DNA of 63,035 bases, filler included, from Lenisia limosa (Eukaryota > Protista > Breviatea), in the NCBI GenBank assembly GCA_001655205.1. It is 15 parts of 15 records of this genome, joined end to end, with 100 filler letters (N's around TTAATTAATTAA, not from the genome) between each part and the next. Parts side by side here need not be neighbours in the genome. Positions count along the whole stretch, not along the records: positions 22,516 to 28,596 come from LPNZ01010265.1; positions 28,697 to 36,584 come from LPNZ01010364.1; 13 more parts are not named here. The stretch is one strand, 5' to 3'. Below the pieces are notes generated by a model, which was not told the DNA's origin, searched no databases, and was given only the letters and a program-made list of their open reading frames with translations. Positions 22,516 to 35,700 of this stretch are shown in pieces; the stretch's first letter is position 1; each line of letters begins with the position of its first letter. The position numbers were made by a program, and so were the translations under genes.

Positions 22516-25500
22516 TCAGGCCAGAGCGATAATATCCCTCCGTGCTGCATACACAATCGTCTAGTGACGCCTGGAGGGGGGAGGGAATAAAACGAAGGAT
22601 ATTTTCGATGAAGAATATTGGCGTAAAGGTACTAATCACGAACCGAATAATCTGAAACTCCTGGAAGGGGGGGGGTAAAATTGGAAAAATTTTGAAACAA
22701 AAAGCCCAGAATCAACTCTGTTGGCTTATAACACACGAGAGTTGACAACAACAAAACAAACAAATAATTTCTTGTTTCCAAAAAAGAGCTTTCAAAATCA
22801 GAGATATCCAACTGAAAGACTAAAATGAAGAAAATTAGCAACAAAACACTTGAAAAAATATAATAAAATAATATTATGTACCTTGGGGGCGACAGCAACC
22901 ATGTCAGTCGGACAAAAGCCGTGAACAGTCCCATTGCTGTACTCTCTTTCGTCATCTGTGGAATGAGAGGTGGTTAAAATAATAATAATAAAAAAAAAAT
23001 AGAGAGAAAAGTGACATAATATTCTAAAGTTAGAAGGCAGTTGAAATATACAGTGACTGGAATATAATCTTGTCCGATTTTCATGAGGATAATCCAGTGT
23101 GAATCGGTCAAGACTTATCCCTGTCACTGATTAAAAAATAGAGAGGTATGTATTTATGTGAGCTTTAATTTGTCATCTTGGGCATGAGGGGAGTAAAATT
23201 GGAAAATTTATGAAACAAAACCCAAATCAACTCTGTNNNNNNNNNNNNNNNNNNNNNNNNNNNNNNNNNNNNNNNNNNNNNNNNNNNNNNNNNNNNNNNN
23301 NNNNNNNNNNNNNNNNNNNNNNNNNNNNNNNNNNNNNNNNNNNNNNNTTGCTTTGATCATACTACTTGTGTTTCAAACAAAGAGTTTTATTTTTTGTGAA
23401 TCCCTCAAGGAGAATGACGATGATGCTCAGCCAGAGAACAATAACTCACAACTCACATACATAATATATTGCAGTATTCTGAAGTCAATGTTCCTGGTGG
23501 GCACATATGGTCGGGATCTTCACATTCAGCCTGAATTGTGACTGGAATGAAATCGTAGGAGATGAAAGAGCGTAGCAAGGTTGCATCTGGCCGAAGCCGT
23601 NNNNNNNNNNNNNNNNNNNNNNNNNNNNNNNNNNNNNNNNNNNNNNNNNNGGTTCAAAAAATTACTGAATTTCTCGATAAATCCTCCAAAACAAAAGATA
23701 TTGTACTGGTCTTTTTCTAACCGAAGTGAAGCCGTAATACCCAATCATAGGCCATAGAGATAAAAACATTCAAAATAAATTTTTGGATCAAAACAAGATA
23801 CACCAAAATTAGGTTTTTACTTCGGTCTGAAAAATACCGATAAAATATAGACATTTGTCGAGGATTTAAGGAAATTTTCAATATTGTTTTCGAACCGAAG
23901 TGAAGCACTACCCAAAATATAAATCAAGTCTATTTTGAAAAGGATTCTTGCAAATAATGGAATTATAATTACAAATTATCACTTTACCATTCCACTCTTA
24001 CCAGCGACTTGCAGCCCCCAAGAATACACCTGCTTCCACGATCGCACGGTAACTCGTATCCCGAGTGACAGTACTTGTCTAAACAGGTTAGCCGCTGGGA
24101 GCAAAATGTATATGGTAACCCGAATTATAGGAAGCAAGAAACATAAAAAGAAAATGAAATTCTTCCACAAGAGCTAGAACTGACATTCTATAAGATACTA
24201 CATATCATATCATATATTATGTATACTATTAAATCACATAGCATATCGGTCAGACTTATCCCGGTCATTGTAAATAATGATATAAAATTATATAGCGGTC
24301 ACTGTATAGATAGCAATGAGTCACTGTATACATATTAAAACATCATATCCCGGTCACTATCTAGGTTGGTGTTTAAAACCGCGAACAAGCCAAAAATCGA
24401 CATAAATCGCTTCAATAACACCCTTTTTAGTGTGAAATTCGGCAGTTTTGAGTACTAGACTACCAATAACACCAAAACAAAGAAATTTTGAGCAAAAAGA
24501 AGAACAAAAATGAGGAGATAAAATAGTAATAATAAAAAAAGATCTTTTGATCAGAATCGAACCCGGCCGGGGTCACCCAGTTTCCTTTACGCGAAAATAT
24601 TTTTTGTGAAAACCCCCCTCTTTCAGAATAATAGCATTTTGAGCCTATTAAAGTGCCCCACAATAGAAANNNNNNNNNNTCCAGTCAGCTTATTTCCCAT
24701 ACCTCTACTACACTTCGCGCACGTGCCATTAATGTTAACAGTGCCTTCGTCACACAGCAAACAGGTCACGTCGGTCCCGTTGAGATTGGTCAGGAATGGA
24801 GATGTGCATTGGACGTCACTGAGGCTTTGGCCGGATCGAATCTACGGCGTATTAGAGGGGGGAGTATTGGAGAAACTAATGGATGAGAGTATTTGCTGGG
24901 AAAAAGAAAAGGGATGGATGGGGTGAGAACAAGACGATAGTATTACTGCTGAATACTAGTCACGTAGAGATGGATTAGGAATAGAGCTTCACCCATCACG
25001 CTGAGAAGAGTGGATCTATTATACAATTAATTTCCAATCATTTGCAGATAGATAAGACTTTACTTCGGTTCGAAAAAGTCGGTAAAATATCGATAGTTTT
25101 CGAGGATTTATAGGAAAATTCAGTCTATTTTTGAACAAAAGGCCCTAAGTAGACTGTCATTCAGATGGAACCTATGGATTATAAGAGTGGGTACAGGTAT
25201 TCATTAACACCCGTGTTATCTTCGTTAACGACGTGGATATGGGTCAATATTTCCACTTGAAAGTCGGTCATATGATCATATCACCAGTAGATGGACAACT
25301 TTCTGGAAAGTGCAAATGCATACATGGAGGGAGTTGTAGGTTATACATCCCTTATCAGGGATAAGGTATTCGCCAGCTGGACAGTTATTGCAGGTTTCAC
25401 CGTTCTTGGACCATTTTGTTGCAACTATAATTGGTCATAATCACATAATGAGTCACTAACACTCCCCTAGTCAATTGTAAATAATTATCATTTCATGGCG

Positions 25501-26875
25501 TCATCATCAACACCGTATTCTACACAACATCGTAATCAACAACATCATCAACAACAACAGCATCATCATCATCATAATCATCATCAAACAACAGCATCAT
25601 CATAATCACCACCATCATCATCAATTTAAACACAACAAGTCCTCCGAACCTGGGGAAACGTCGGCGCATTTCTGAATATGAGTGCCATTAGTGGTGTATC
25701 CGAGGGGTGGACTGACGCATCCCGTGTGGTAATGCCCGGATGCAACGGTACCTGAAGATGGGAGTTAAAATGAAATGGTGAATATAACAAAAAAAAAATA
25801 TATATATTACATATTTATATATTAAAACAATGAAGACCGAGATTTATGAAAAAAAAAAGTCCATCTAAAGACGGGGAGTTCAAATGAGCAATGTATATAA
25901 AAAAATATAATTATAGTATTATATTAATTCACCAGTACCTGAAGATGAGTATCATCAACATGGGCCTCCACTCATGCCACCATTCCAAGGGCTTCACTCA
26001 AAAACAATCGATATTTTACCAGTATTTTTTGAACCGAAGTGAAGCACAAAATATTCCAACCATAAGGGCAAGGCTGGCACACACCGGAATCATCAGCAAA
26101 GGTCGCGGGCTAAAATGTCACATTTTGAGTTCTGAAAAAACAAAGAATTTAGGTTTTTGAAATTTTGGTTTGAATGAAATATTGAGTTGTAAATGTGTGC
26201 TTGTGGGTCTCTCCTTATAGCTCATGGGTGGACAAGGTTGAAATGCTAAAATCATGTAAAATAAGGATAATGATCATAAAAGGAGCTACTTCGGTTCAAA
26301 AAAAAAAAGACTGAATTTCCCGTTAATCCTCGAAAACTACTTCAGAGGGATGGTACGTGGTGAGGGCGGTATTAACAAAATTTCCCTTAACTTACTGGGC
26401 AAATGACATCGCAATGTGTCCCGACACAGGTTTCTTCTAATACTGTGAAAATAGCAGGGGAACACAACTGATTCTTATTGAGAAGAGATTTTGTGGTATA
26501 AATACATATGAAAGAGGGGAATAATTGGATTATTACTTATTGATCTTAATTGATCATATGATAGAGTACATAAGAAATAGCAATGAGAAATAAAAAATAA
26601 GTATATTGGATTATAGAAAAAAATTTATTCATTTACTTACCAATACAGGCATCAGAGCCGATAACGATGTGGCTTGACGCCCCGTTGAGGTCATTGTAGT
26701 TAAAACGCTCAAATGGGCAGTCGACACATTCTTCTGTGCTGTTATCATAGTAACTATGCAGGGAAATGGAGGAACACTGCAGGCAGTCGCTGATTGTGGT
26801 GCTTCCTTTTGGGCTAACAGTACCGTATGGACAACTAAAGTGGGTATTTTGAGGAAGATATAATAGTGTGATGAT

Positions 26876-26906
<31 letters not shown>

Positions 26907-28582
26907 ATGACGTTTCCGACTTAGGATTCTGGTCTGGTCCTACCCCCCAACTTTGTGCATTCCTCATTGCCAACTTGCACTTTGAAGGTATTAACAGGGC
27001 AGTCTTTGCACCTAAAAACGGTTATTTAGGGTTCAACATTATTGGCAGGTGTTAGTTACATCAAAATGCAACTACAAACAATTACATTGTTTTTTGCTTC
27101 TAAAAGGTAATATGTAGTTAGAAACGGAACAAGTTTAATAGTTCTAAACAACATTAAAGATTATACTAGGTTGAGCAGTTCTGAATATGTTTACAGAATA
27201 ATAATAAAAAAACGCTGAGATAGCTTTGCATCAAAAATTGTAACTGCTTCCACATCCACAAAGGGCTACGACAGGCTTAAAAGCTAAATAACTATTTATG
27301 CTTACGACTATAAACCCGATTTTACCCGATTTTTTAATACCTTTTTGAACAGTTGCTCTCTTACAACGTGAACATCATTAAAAACCATTGGAAATAGAAA
27401 CCAAATGAAAAATTTCACTATTATCTTGAGCCTACTTACGCTATTTCAAAATCCGATTCGACCATTTTGAGGGTTTTGGGGATCTGGCTTTCCGTTTTTG
27501 AAGTCATTCGAAGTTTTAAAGGGCCGGATGATGAGAAACGACAGTTTTTTCGACTTTTTCAACCCTGTTTTCCCAATTAGGCAAGTATCGAACTTTCTGG
27601 AACAATTAAGTCCCAAATAAAAAAAAAACATCGCAAAAGTTATAAGACTTCCACTAACTTAATTCCAAATCTAAGAACACCGCAAAATGACAGCAGTAGC
27701 AAGATTTAGTTTTTGAAGAAAATTTGCCGGGCGCCCGGTCCGGATTGCCAAATTTCCTGGAATTTGTTTGAAATTTTACATTTGGTTATTATTTCATATT
27801 TCCAATGGTTTTAAATGATGTTCACGTTGCATGAGGGCAACTGTTCAAAAGTTTATAAAAAATCGGGAAAAATCGGGTTTAGTGTCGTAAGCATATGGAT
27901 TAAACAATACTGGCTGGTTATGACAATACCACACAACTAGGGCTTCACTTTGGTCGAAAAAGGACTGACTTTCTCGATAATTATTCAAAAAATATCGATA
28001 TTTTACCGATATTTTTCGAACCAAAGTGAAGCCTTACACACAACTCAACCTACTCCCCATTTGTGCAACCGCATACCTGTCTGAGTTGAGCGTCGTTCCA
28101 GGCATGCAAACACAGTCATCGCTAAACTGGGTAAGAAATAGGAACTAGGAGAACGTGGAGTCTTTTATTGAATTGATAAAATATGGAAGTAAATTCCAAA
28201 AATAAATATTTCCTGTTCACAAGTAGAAGCTTACTAATCCTGCTCAATATGTTCCACTCAGATATATGATGCTGTGTTAAGTTTCAGATGTTCAATTGAG
28301 AGGACGGGCTTATTTAGTAGTAGTGAGCAATGAGGTGCCATAACATGACCATAAGTGCCTCAAAGCTGACTTTGCCACCCACTGATCACACCACATTCTC
28401 ACCACATCCCACTCCTCTTATTCTCCTCCCAGCCCTCCCACAACTCCGAGGACCCTCGAAGTAACGTGGTTGTTCCAGTTCGGCAGTAGTTGAGAGTACT
28501 ACCGCTCGAAATATGGCCAATTTTACTGTGTAACAGTTTGCCACTGTAGCTGAACAGCCCTGGAACGGCCTGACAATAACTC
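22516..28582 (-). CDS. Large Cys-rich repeat extracellular/surface protein (CxxC..CPxG repeats; ephrin-receptor-like/GCC2_GCC3-like); partial
   Basis: Exon peptides include CPYGTVSPKGSTTISDCLQC...CVDCPFE (26645-26835), GVCQPCPYG (about 26065-26110), CNNCPAGEY (about 25325-25415), CLLCDEGTVNINGTCAKCS (24700-24840), YCHSGYELPCDRG (24000-24080) and CPTDMVAVAPK|ASLDDCVCSTEGYY (22880-22950, 22516-22570). Confidence 0.8.
23051..23129. mobile_element. Tc1/mariner-type MITE (family C), diverged
   Basis: TA-CAGTGACTGG...AATCGGTCAAGACTTATCCCTGTCACTG. Confidence 0.6.
27297..27895. mobile_element. About 600-bp non-autonomous element with about 120-bp imperfect terminal inverted repeats
   Basis: 27297-27420 (TATGCTTACGAC...AACCCGATTTT...GAACAGTTGC..CAACGTGAACATCATT..AAACCATTGGAAATA) is the reverse complement of 27780-27895. 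Confidence 0.7.
27939..28036. mobile_element. hAT-type MITE (family A, subfamily A1)
   Basis: TIRs TAGGGCTTCACTTTGG...CCAAAGTGAAGCCTTA with a perfect 8-bp TSD CACACAAC. Confidence 0.85.
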
Positions 28583-28703
28583 TGGGGGGGGGGGGGNNNN
28601 NNNNNNNNNNNNNNNNNNNNNNNNNNNNNNNNNNNNNNNNTTAATTAATTAANNNNNNNNNNNNNNNNNNNNNNNNNNNNNNNNNNNNNNNNNNNNTATG
28701 TAG

Positions 28704-29331
28704 TTATGAAGCTCAACCTGTCGGCCAGTCGTGGCGCCCTCGTCCCGGGTAGCAACAGCACCGGCATCGTCGATATTGACGTTCGTGCCTTCAAGAACCC
28801 TGCTGTCGGCAAGGACTCTCCCAGCCCTCGCGCTCAAATTGCCAACATCGTCACCAACGCCAAGCAGCCCTTCGCTGCCCCTCTCATGCTCAAGTTTGAG
28901 ATTGAGAATCTCAGCGCTGAGGACCTGAAGAAGGTTGGGAGGGATTCTGGCCACATATCGAAATTGATAAGAAAAACTGATCTTTCCTTGCTTTTTCTTT
29001 GTATAATTGTGTCTCCCAGAATTGTATTTTTTTAAACTATTCCATATTCCTGCTAAAAAAAAAAAGAACAAAACTAATCACTCAGCTCTGCCTGGCCTAT
29101 TTCGATGACGCTAACAACAAATGGCTCTGTGAAGACTCCGACCTCAGTCAGACAGGCGCCTCGGTGTCCGGCAAGACCACCCATCTCACGCCCTTCACCA
29201 TCGCCGAAACTGAATCCGCCACTCCCACTGAATCAACCGAAACTCCTACTGACGATGATGCTGGCGATGGCTCGCCCGCTGCTATGCTCATTCCTTCGGC
29301 TCTGATCGCTCTTCTTGCTCTTGTTTTCTAG
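28704..29331 (+). CDS. C-terminus of a GPS (GAIN autoproteolysis)-motif protein ending in a GPI-anchor-like tail; 5' truncated
   Basis: Exons 28704-28933 and 29086-29331 give ...LSAEDLKK|LCLAYFDDANNKWLCEDSDLSQTGASVSGKTTHLTPFTIAETESATPTESTETPTDDDAGDGSPAAMLIPSALIALLALVF*. This has the C-x-Y-F-D...W...H-L-T-x-F pattern, then a Thr-rich stalk and a terminal hydrophobic stretch. Confidence 0.75.
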
Positions 29332-29720
29332 GCGGTTTACTTTTGTTTTGTACGTTTTTGACATTTGACGTTTTGGGTTTCTTGTTATTATTTTTTGACA
29401 TTAGTTATATTATACATTATTGATTCTCTTTTTTGGCAAGTTCATGGGGAAATTTGAATTCTCATTTAATCTAAGATTAACTACCCCTCAAACAAAAGAA
29501 AAACAAAAAAAAAAGCCGACATATCTGGTACGATATAAAGAATCATATTATTCTCAATATCGATATGCGTGTAAATCAGTTGCTGAAAGGTTGACAATAA
29601 GGCGTTTTATTCGGGGAAGATCATTTATTGAAACAATCGAGGGCATGTAAAATTATCAAAACTTGAAACAAATAAACATTAAATAAGCGCTTAAAGCATT
29701 GAGGGTTCGTGGTGTCGTGT

Positions 29721-32700
29721 CTATTCCTGTACATTTGGGTAGGCCGGCTCTGTGGTGATTCTCCGATCAACAAGAGGCTTACCAATCTAGGAAGAGTTAG
29801 TCTAATCATCCACTCTTTGACCCCCCCCCCCTCTCCCAGTTGATGGACGATATGGACGAGTTTGATTAATGATAACCAGAGACTAATTACAAATTAGAAT
29901 CATATCACTTTTTTAATTCACCAGCCCTGAAACGACTTTCTGTCCTATCTCGTGGAGACTTTCCGCTCATACAGACCATGATATTGCCTTGTTGAGTCCA
30001 CCCACTGTGACAGGTGTCTGCTACGTGGTACTAATATTCATCTAGACCACCGTAATAGCAAAACTAGTCACTAAGATACAACATAGCAATCACCTACCCC
30101 ACAATGATATTATTATCATTATCTGAAAATTTTTTTTATTGATGTTTGGTTTCTTTTTTGTTGCGTCTGTTTTTTGGCTATTATTAGCTTTTATTTAAGG
30201 AGCCCCCAAACAGTGAAGCCATATAGCGGCAGGAAGTGTTCAGTCTGATGCTGACCGACAGCCTGAAGTGACTCTTCATCAAGGAAACAGCCTGTTGAGG
30301 ATGAGGCGATATGGATGAAGATAGGGCTATGAAGCCAAATGAAATAAAATATCTCGACATAGCAATGAGAAGTAAAAACAAATGAAATAATAGGAATTAA
30401 AAAAATCGGCAAATTTGTCGCCGATTCGGCCGCAAACGCAGATTCGATAACGAATATCACCAAATCGGCGCGGGTCATCCCTTGACATGTACAATCCAGT
30501 TACCTATGCCAGTTCCACTAAAAGCCGCAGCAGTAGCGGAGAGGTACAGCGCCTGGCCGATTGCTCCAGCTTCATGGAAGAGCCAAGGATATGCAGCATT
30601 ACCATCAAATGTACCTTCAGTCTCTGAATGATAATGAGCAATGTATTTTTTTGTTACCCTAGATTTCTAATGTAAATAATTTCTCTTGCTCAAAAAAAAA
30701 GCTTGAAAGTACAAAATTTTTCTCATGGGATTCAATTGCGATTCTTATTAACAAGCCAGCTGACCGCTTTTGAGTGGTGCGGTTTCGCCCATCATCAAAA
30801 CGGCAAAATTGGAGTCGGCGGCAATTTCTTGTCCGCACATAACTTCGCCGCATATGGCTCGAACGTTTCCTGATTGAACCTGAAGAATGAGAGGTCAAAG
30901 CGAGTCGGCAATCCTTAATATTTTTTCGGGGACAGTTTCATATTTCATATATAAAAAGAAACGAAGCCTTCCAGGAAACAACACAAAATAGTTGCCATTT
31001 TTAAGATTGTCACTTCTATTCTAGAGGTAAAACTAGGGGTTCCCTACAGTCCGAAAAAGACTGTTAAAATATCGATGTGTCTTTTTTGGTACAGTAGAGA
31101 AGCCCTAGGTATAACAATATGGTTGACATACTCATACTCACTTGAATGGCTTTCATTGAAGCGGTAGAAGAGGTTGTCTGTGAGGGCGTCAATAACATTT
31201 ACAATAGAGTGTGCGGGACAAGTCTTGACCAATTTTCTCGATGATTTCCCAAGGAAAATCGGTCAAGACTGATCACGGTCACTGTAGATGGTTATGCTGT
31301 TACAGATAAAACTGAAGCGTGATCCACAACCACCTACCGAGAAGCCCTCTTGGTTTATAAACCCTTCCTTCCAGAGGTGCTCTAAGAAGATTATGTAAAA
31401 TGATAGCTTCGATTTACACTTTGCATCATCTCAGTACTTCTCCACCTCAAACCAGGTTCAAAAGAAGATTTTAAGAGCGAAACATGGTGGTCATTTCTGG
31501 GAACGTAGTACACACCTGAGAATCCATTATTCTTGAAAGCAAAATATGATCCTAACCAAATTAAAAGTCGCTCCAGAGGTATAAGTGTTGCAAAATAGAA
31601 TATTATCAAGCTCTTTCCAATTAATTGATTGGACTAATTAATTGGCAAGTAATTGGCAATTTAATATGTTTAATCGAAATGAGAAAGCTTCTTTTTGAAT
31701 GTGCTATGCACACCGTGTACAATACATAAATAAAACTAAATCAAAAACAAAGCGGAAAATGCTTCGGTTACTTTACCTTTTACAGAATCCAATCGTACCA
31801 GGGTCCACGCCTTCAACATTGTGGACGAACACTGCCAAAGAAACACGGGGTGGCACGGTTAACCAGCTGGGGGGGGGGGGNNNNNNNNNNNNNNNNNNNN
31901 NNNNNNNNNNNNNNNNNNNNNNNNNNNNNNNNNNNNNNNNNNNNNNNNNNNNNNNCATCTTGCCTGACCTATCAAGTATTCCCAGCCCGTGACTTCAAAA
32001 AAGCACCACTGGTCTTGTTTTGGATTTTACCCACCCACCAAAATAAAGGGTTATCTTCAGCCAAAGTGGAGGCGATGCAAGAGGCAAACAGAGATGCGGG
32101 CATAACATCAGCTTTGCGCTTCATCTTTTGGGCTGATCTGAGTGGAAGTGAATAATATACCGTGACCAGGTTTGGTCCTCACAGATTTGTTATGTGATTT
32201 CCCAAGGAAAATCGGTCAAAACTTATGAATGAAAGGAATCCCAAGATATATGGCATGTTTATGAAGACACCTTCAATGTTGTCCGAAAAACACATATCTA
32301 ATCATCTTTGTTATCATGGTAAAACAAAAATGGGTCACCACTACAATATTGGTATTACCTCATACAAAAGTGTTTTAAAATAAAGATTCCCAAGTATTTC
32401 CAACCTTCTTCTTCTTGATACGGTCGAGATTGTATCGTGCAAATCTAACTTGATAAAAATATTTCCTCTTCAATATGCATCTACGGGGAACTACTATCAG
32501 AGAGTCATGTTCTCAAAATAAGGAGGGATTTTGGCCGCATTCAAATTTTCTAACTGACAAACCACATTTATGGACTCATTTAGCCCTCTCCCACCCTTTG
32601 CCTTCATCAGTGACATAACTGGACTGAAAGAAGATGCGGGCCTTGAGGAAAATACGGTGTTTTCTGAGATTAGTGACGTAAAGGTTCAGCAGCTGTCCAC

Positions 32701-35700
32701 AAAAAAAAAATGTTGACTCGGTTAAAAAATGTTGTTTTCAGAGTAGTACTAAAAAAAGCCAAACAACTTTACACCTCAGATACCGATTTTCTGAGAAGGA
32801 GGAGCACAGATTCGTTCTGCTGAAGAAATCACCTTCCATCTGGGGGGGGGGGTTATATTGGGGCTTTCACTGACNNNNNNNNNNNNNNNNNNNNNNNNNN
32901 NNNNNNNNNNNNNNNNNNNNNNTCAGTCTTTTTTAAAACCGAAGTGAAGCAGTAGTTACAGCGACCGGGATAAGTCTTGACCGATCTTGCTATGTGATTT
33001 CCCAAGGAAAATCGGCCAAGACTAATCCCAGTCACTGTATATTAGTAGTATATCGCGAAGGAGAAATTAGGCTAATAAAACGGCATGCTCACGCGTTGTG
33101 ATACGGAGACAGCTGGTTGGGAGTTCCACAAGTTTTACTAAGTACATCTTCTACTAGGTGATGGTTGAGACTGGCACTGTTGTTGCTGACTTGACCTGGG
33201 AACAGTGTTAGAAAAGGTGTTCATATTACTATCACAGATTTCGCCACCCTTCGCCACCCTTCGCTGTGAATCTTTGTGGTTCAGAGTGATTACATAAAGC
33301 CTTGTGCACAGTTGAATTAATATGATAATACTATACTTCAATATCTCTTATAGGAGTGATGGTGTGGACGGTTTTGGCCAGATATAACCTTGTTTTTAAT
33401 GTATCATTGCTATATAGTGGTGTTTATACAAATAGTATAAACACCACAATTAAGTAGTTGTACTCCATCCTCTCACCTTCATACACCGCAATAACAGCGT
33501 GAGTATTCTCCCTCTCCTCCACATGAGTCCCTCTCTTGAGTGACTTGGGTCTGTGCATGTAAACTCGCAAAAAACCAAATGATAAGTCTTGACCGATTTA
33601 CAATGAGACTTATCCCAGTCACTCTATATCATTAACCCACAACTACAATCATCAAGGTTGGTACCACCCAGCAAATTCGGTTCGAAAAACCGGATAGTAT
33701 TTGAAGATTTATAGAAAAATTCAGTATTTTTACGAAACAAAGTGAAGACCTAACCACACCTCTCTTTGTACGGTCCGATATCCACATTGTGGCCTGTTTG
33801 CGAGGCCCAAAGATCAAGGCTTTTGTCCCAGTCAGCCAGACAGACGTTATCAACCAGTGCCACCGACATGCCTTGTGAGGAAACTGCCAGCGAGGCCTGC
33901 GGTGGTGAGATGACTAGATGTCATCTTAGTGCAGCTCAGCTCTAAAGCTCATCTCCACTCCGATCCAGAAAATACCTATCGACAACTCATCGATATATTT
34001 CGACAGTTTACCGATATTTTCAGGACCGGAGTTGTAATACAATTCAATTTTTTATTGTTACTACCTAAGTTGAAAAAGCTAGAATTTCAAGATTTTGACG
34101 GAATAGCCTCTTGGTAATAGTACCAATTTGTGACAAGAATTAATTCCCAGCAGAACTGATGATCATGTCTTCTCATTGCAATTTCCGTAGAAACATAGAA
34201 TTCATAGACTGATCACAAGAAGACCTGACACGGATATTGAGCTTTATGTTCTTCAACTGTGTCAAGACTTATCACAGTCGGTGGATATTGTCAACTTTAA
34301 CCCATCAACCTGAGCCAAGGCATGACCGCAGTCAAGGTGGACATAACGGTAGGCTCTTTCACCGTACTTCCATGACTCCCGCCATGCAATGCCTGTCAGA
34401 ACCTCAAGGAAGAGGGGGGCTGGAGTGAAGGTCAAAAAACAAGGGTTGAACAAAATTTGAGTGTGACAGGGCAGGGCGATCGAGAAGTCTATTACTCTTT
34501 CATTTTGAGTACACACCTTTTCCATTTTGCTTCAGTTCGTCAAAGAGCCGACGGTGGCGGTCAGCCTGCCAGATAGCACGCAATTCAAGCTCATGCTCTT
34601 GAGGCCTGGGGATCAAGTCAGTTCCGTATAGATAGATAAGAGCTTCATTTCTCAGCAGCGTCACTGGGTCTCTTGATAAATGCTATTGGAGGATAGAGTG
34701 TTGAAACAATGTAGTATTAATTTTAACTCTGGAATGAGATCAAAGTAATATTATGGACTTATGAATCGGGCTCACTTCGGTTCGAAAAAGACCGTTTAAA
34801 TATAGATAGTTTTCGAGAATTTTTCGAGAAATTCAGTCTTTTTGCGAACCGAAGTGAAGCCGTAGTTATGAACAGTTGAAATATGAGCAAAAAGAACTAG
34901 CTCCCATCCTACGCATAATGGTATGCTTTCGGTTCATCGCGCATTACAAGGTAGACTTCAGTAGGATGGAGGTTCCCAGAGGACGGGTTGACTCTGACGG
35001 TGGAAATGAGGGGAAAGGCAGAAACTGATGAAATATGAGTAGGGCCTTTCTGCGGTCCAAAAAAGACGGGTGGAACATTGGTGAGAATGATTGTTCTCTG
35101 AGATCCTAGTTTCAACAGAGACTTGACTGTAAAGAAAGATTAAAACTAGATTCATCAAGAGAGTCAATTAAACACTCATCCAGAGGGTCATAAAGGGGCA
35201 AACGACAGAAAGCTCACCTCAGGCAATGTGTGTCAACTCCGCCATAGTTCTTGTGAGCGGAAATCTAAAAACAATCAGCACATCAGTATCCGATTTATTT
35301 GAGATCCTCCTTCATTAACATCACTCTCAACTTATCATCTGCATAATCATGACTATTTCTCTTACCAAAGGCAAATGATTTGGTAAATTAATATGATACT
35401 ATAATCCAATATCTCTTATGGTGTGGACGGCTTCGNNNNNNNNNNNNNNNNNNNNNNNNNNNNNNNNNNNNNNNNNNNNNNNNNNNNNNNNNNNNNNNNN
35501 NNNNNNNNNNNGAGTCAAAGAGCAGGCGCGATATGAGATCAAGGCGGTCATGTTGGTGTGGTTCTGGCAGAGGGAGAAGAGTTAGAACAAGGGCTTCAGA
35601 CAATTCCAGTAAAATAGCGATATTTGCTTGGGATTTATCGACAAATTCATTCTATGTCGGACCAAAGTTAACCCTTAGATTCCCAATACAATGAATATCA

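Noticed and set aside
23395-23462. TM-like VIVLWLSIIVILLE after a TGA, suggesting readthrough or a 16-nt intron
   Set aside because: A normal phase-1 GTATGT donor splices cleanly to the exon at about 22955, so the segment is intronic. All conserved genes here use the standard code.
24545-24580. GGTTCGATTC on the minus strand, resembling a tRNA T-arm/B box
   Set aside because: No acceptor stem, D arm or anticodon arm can be folded around it.
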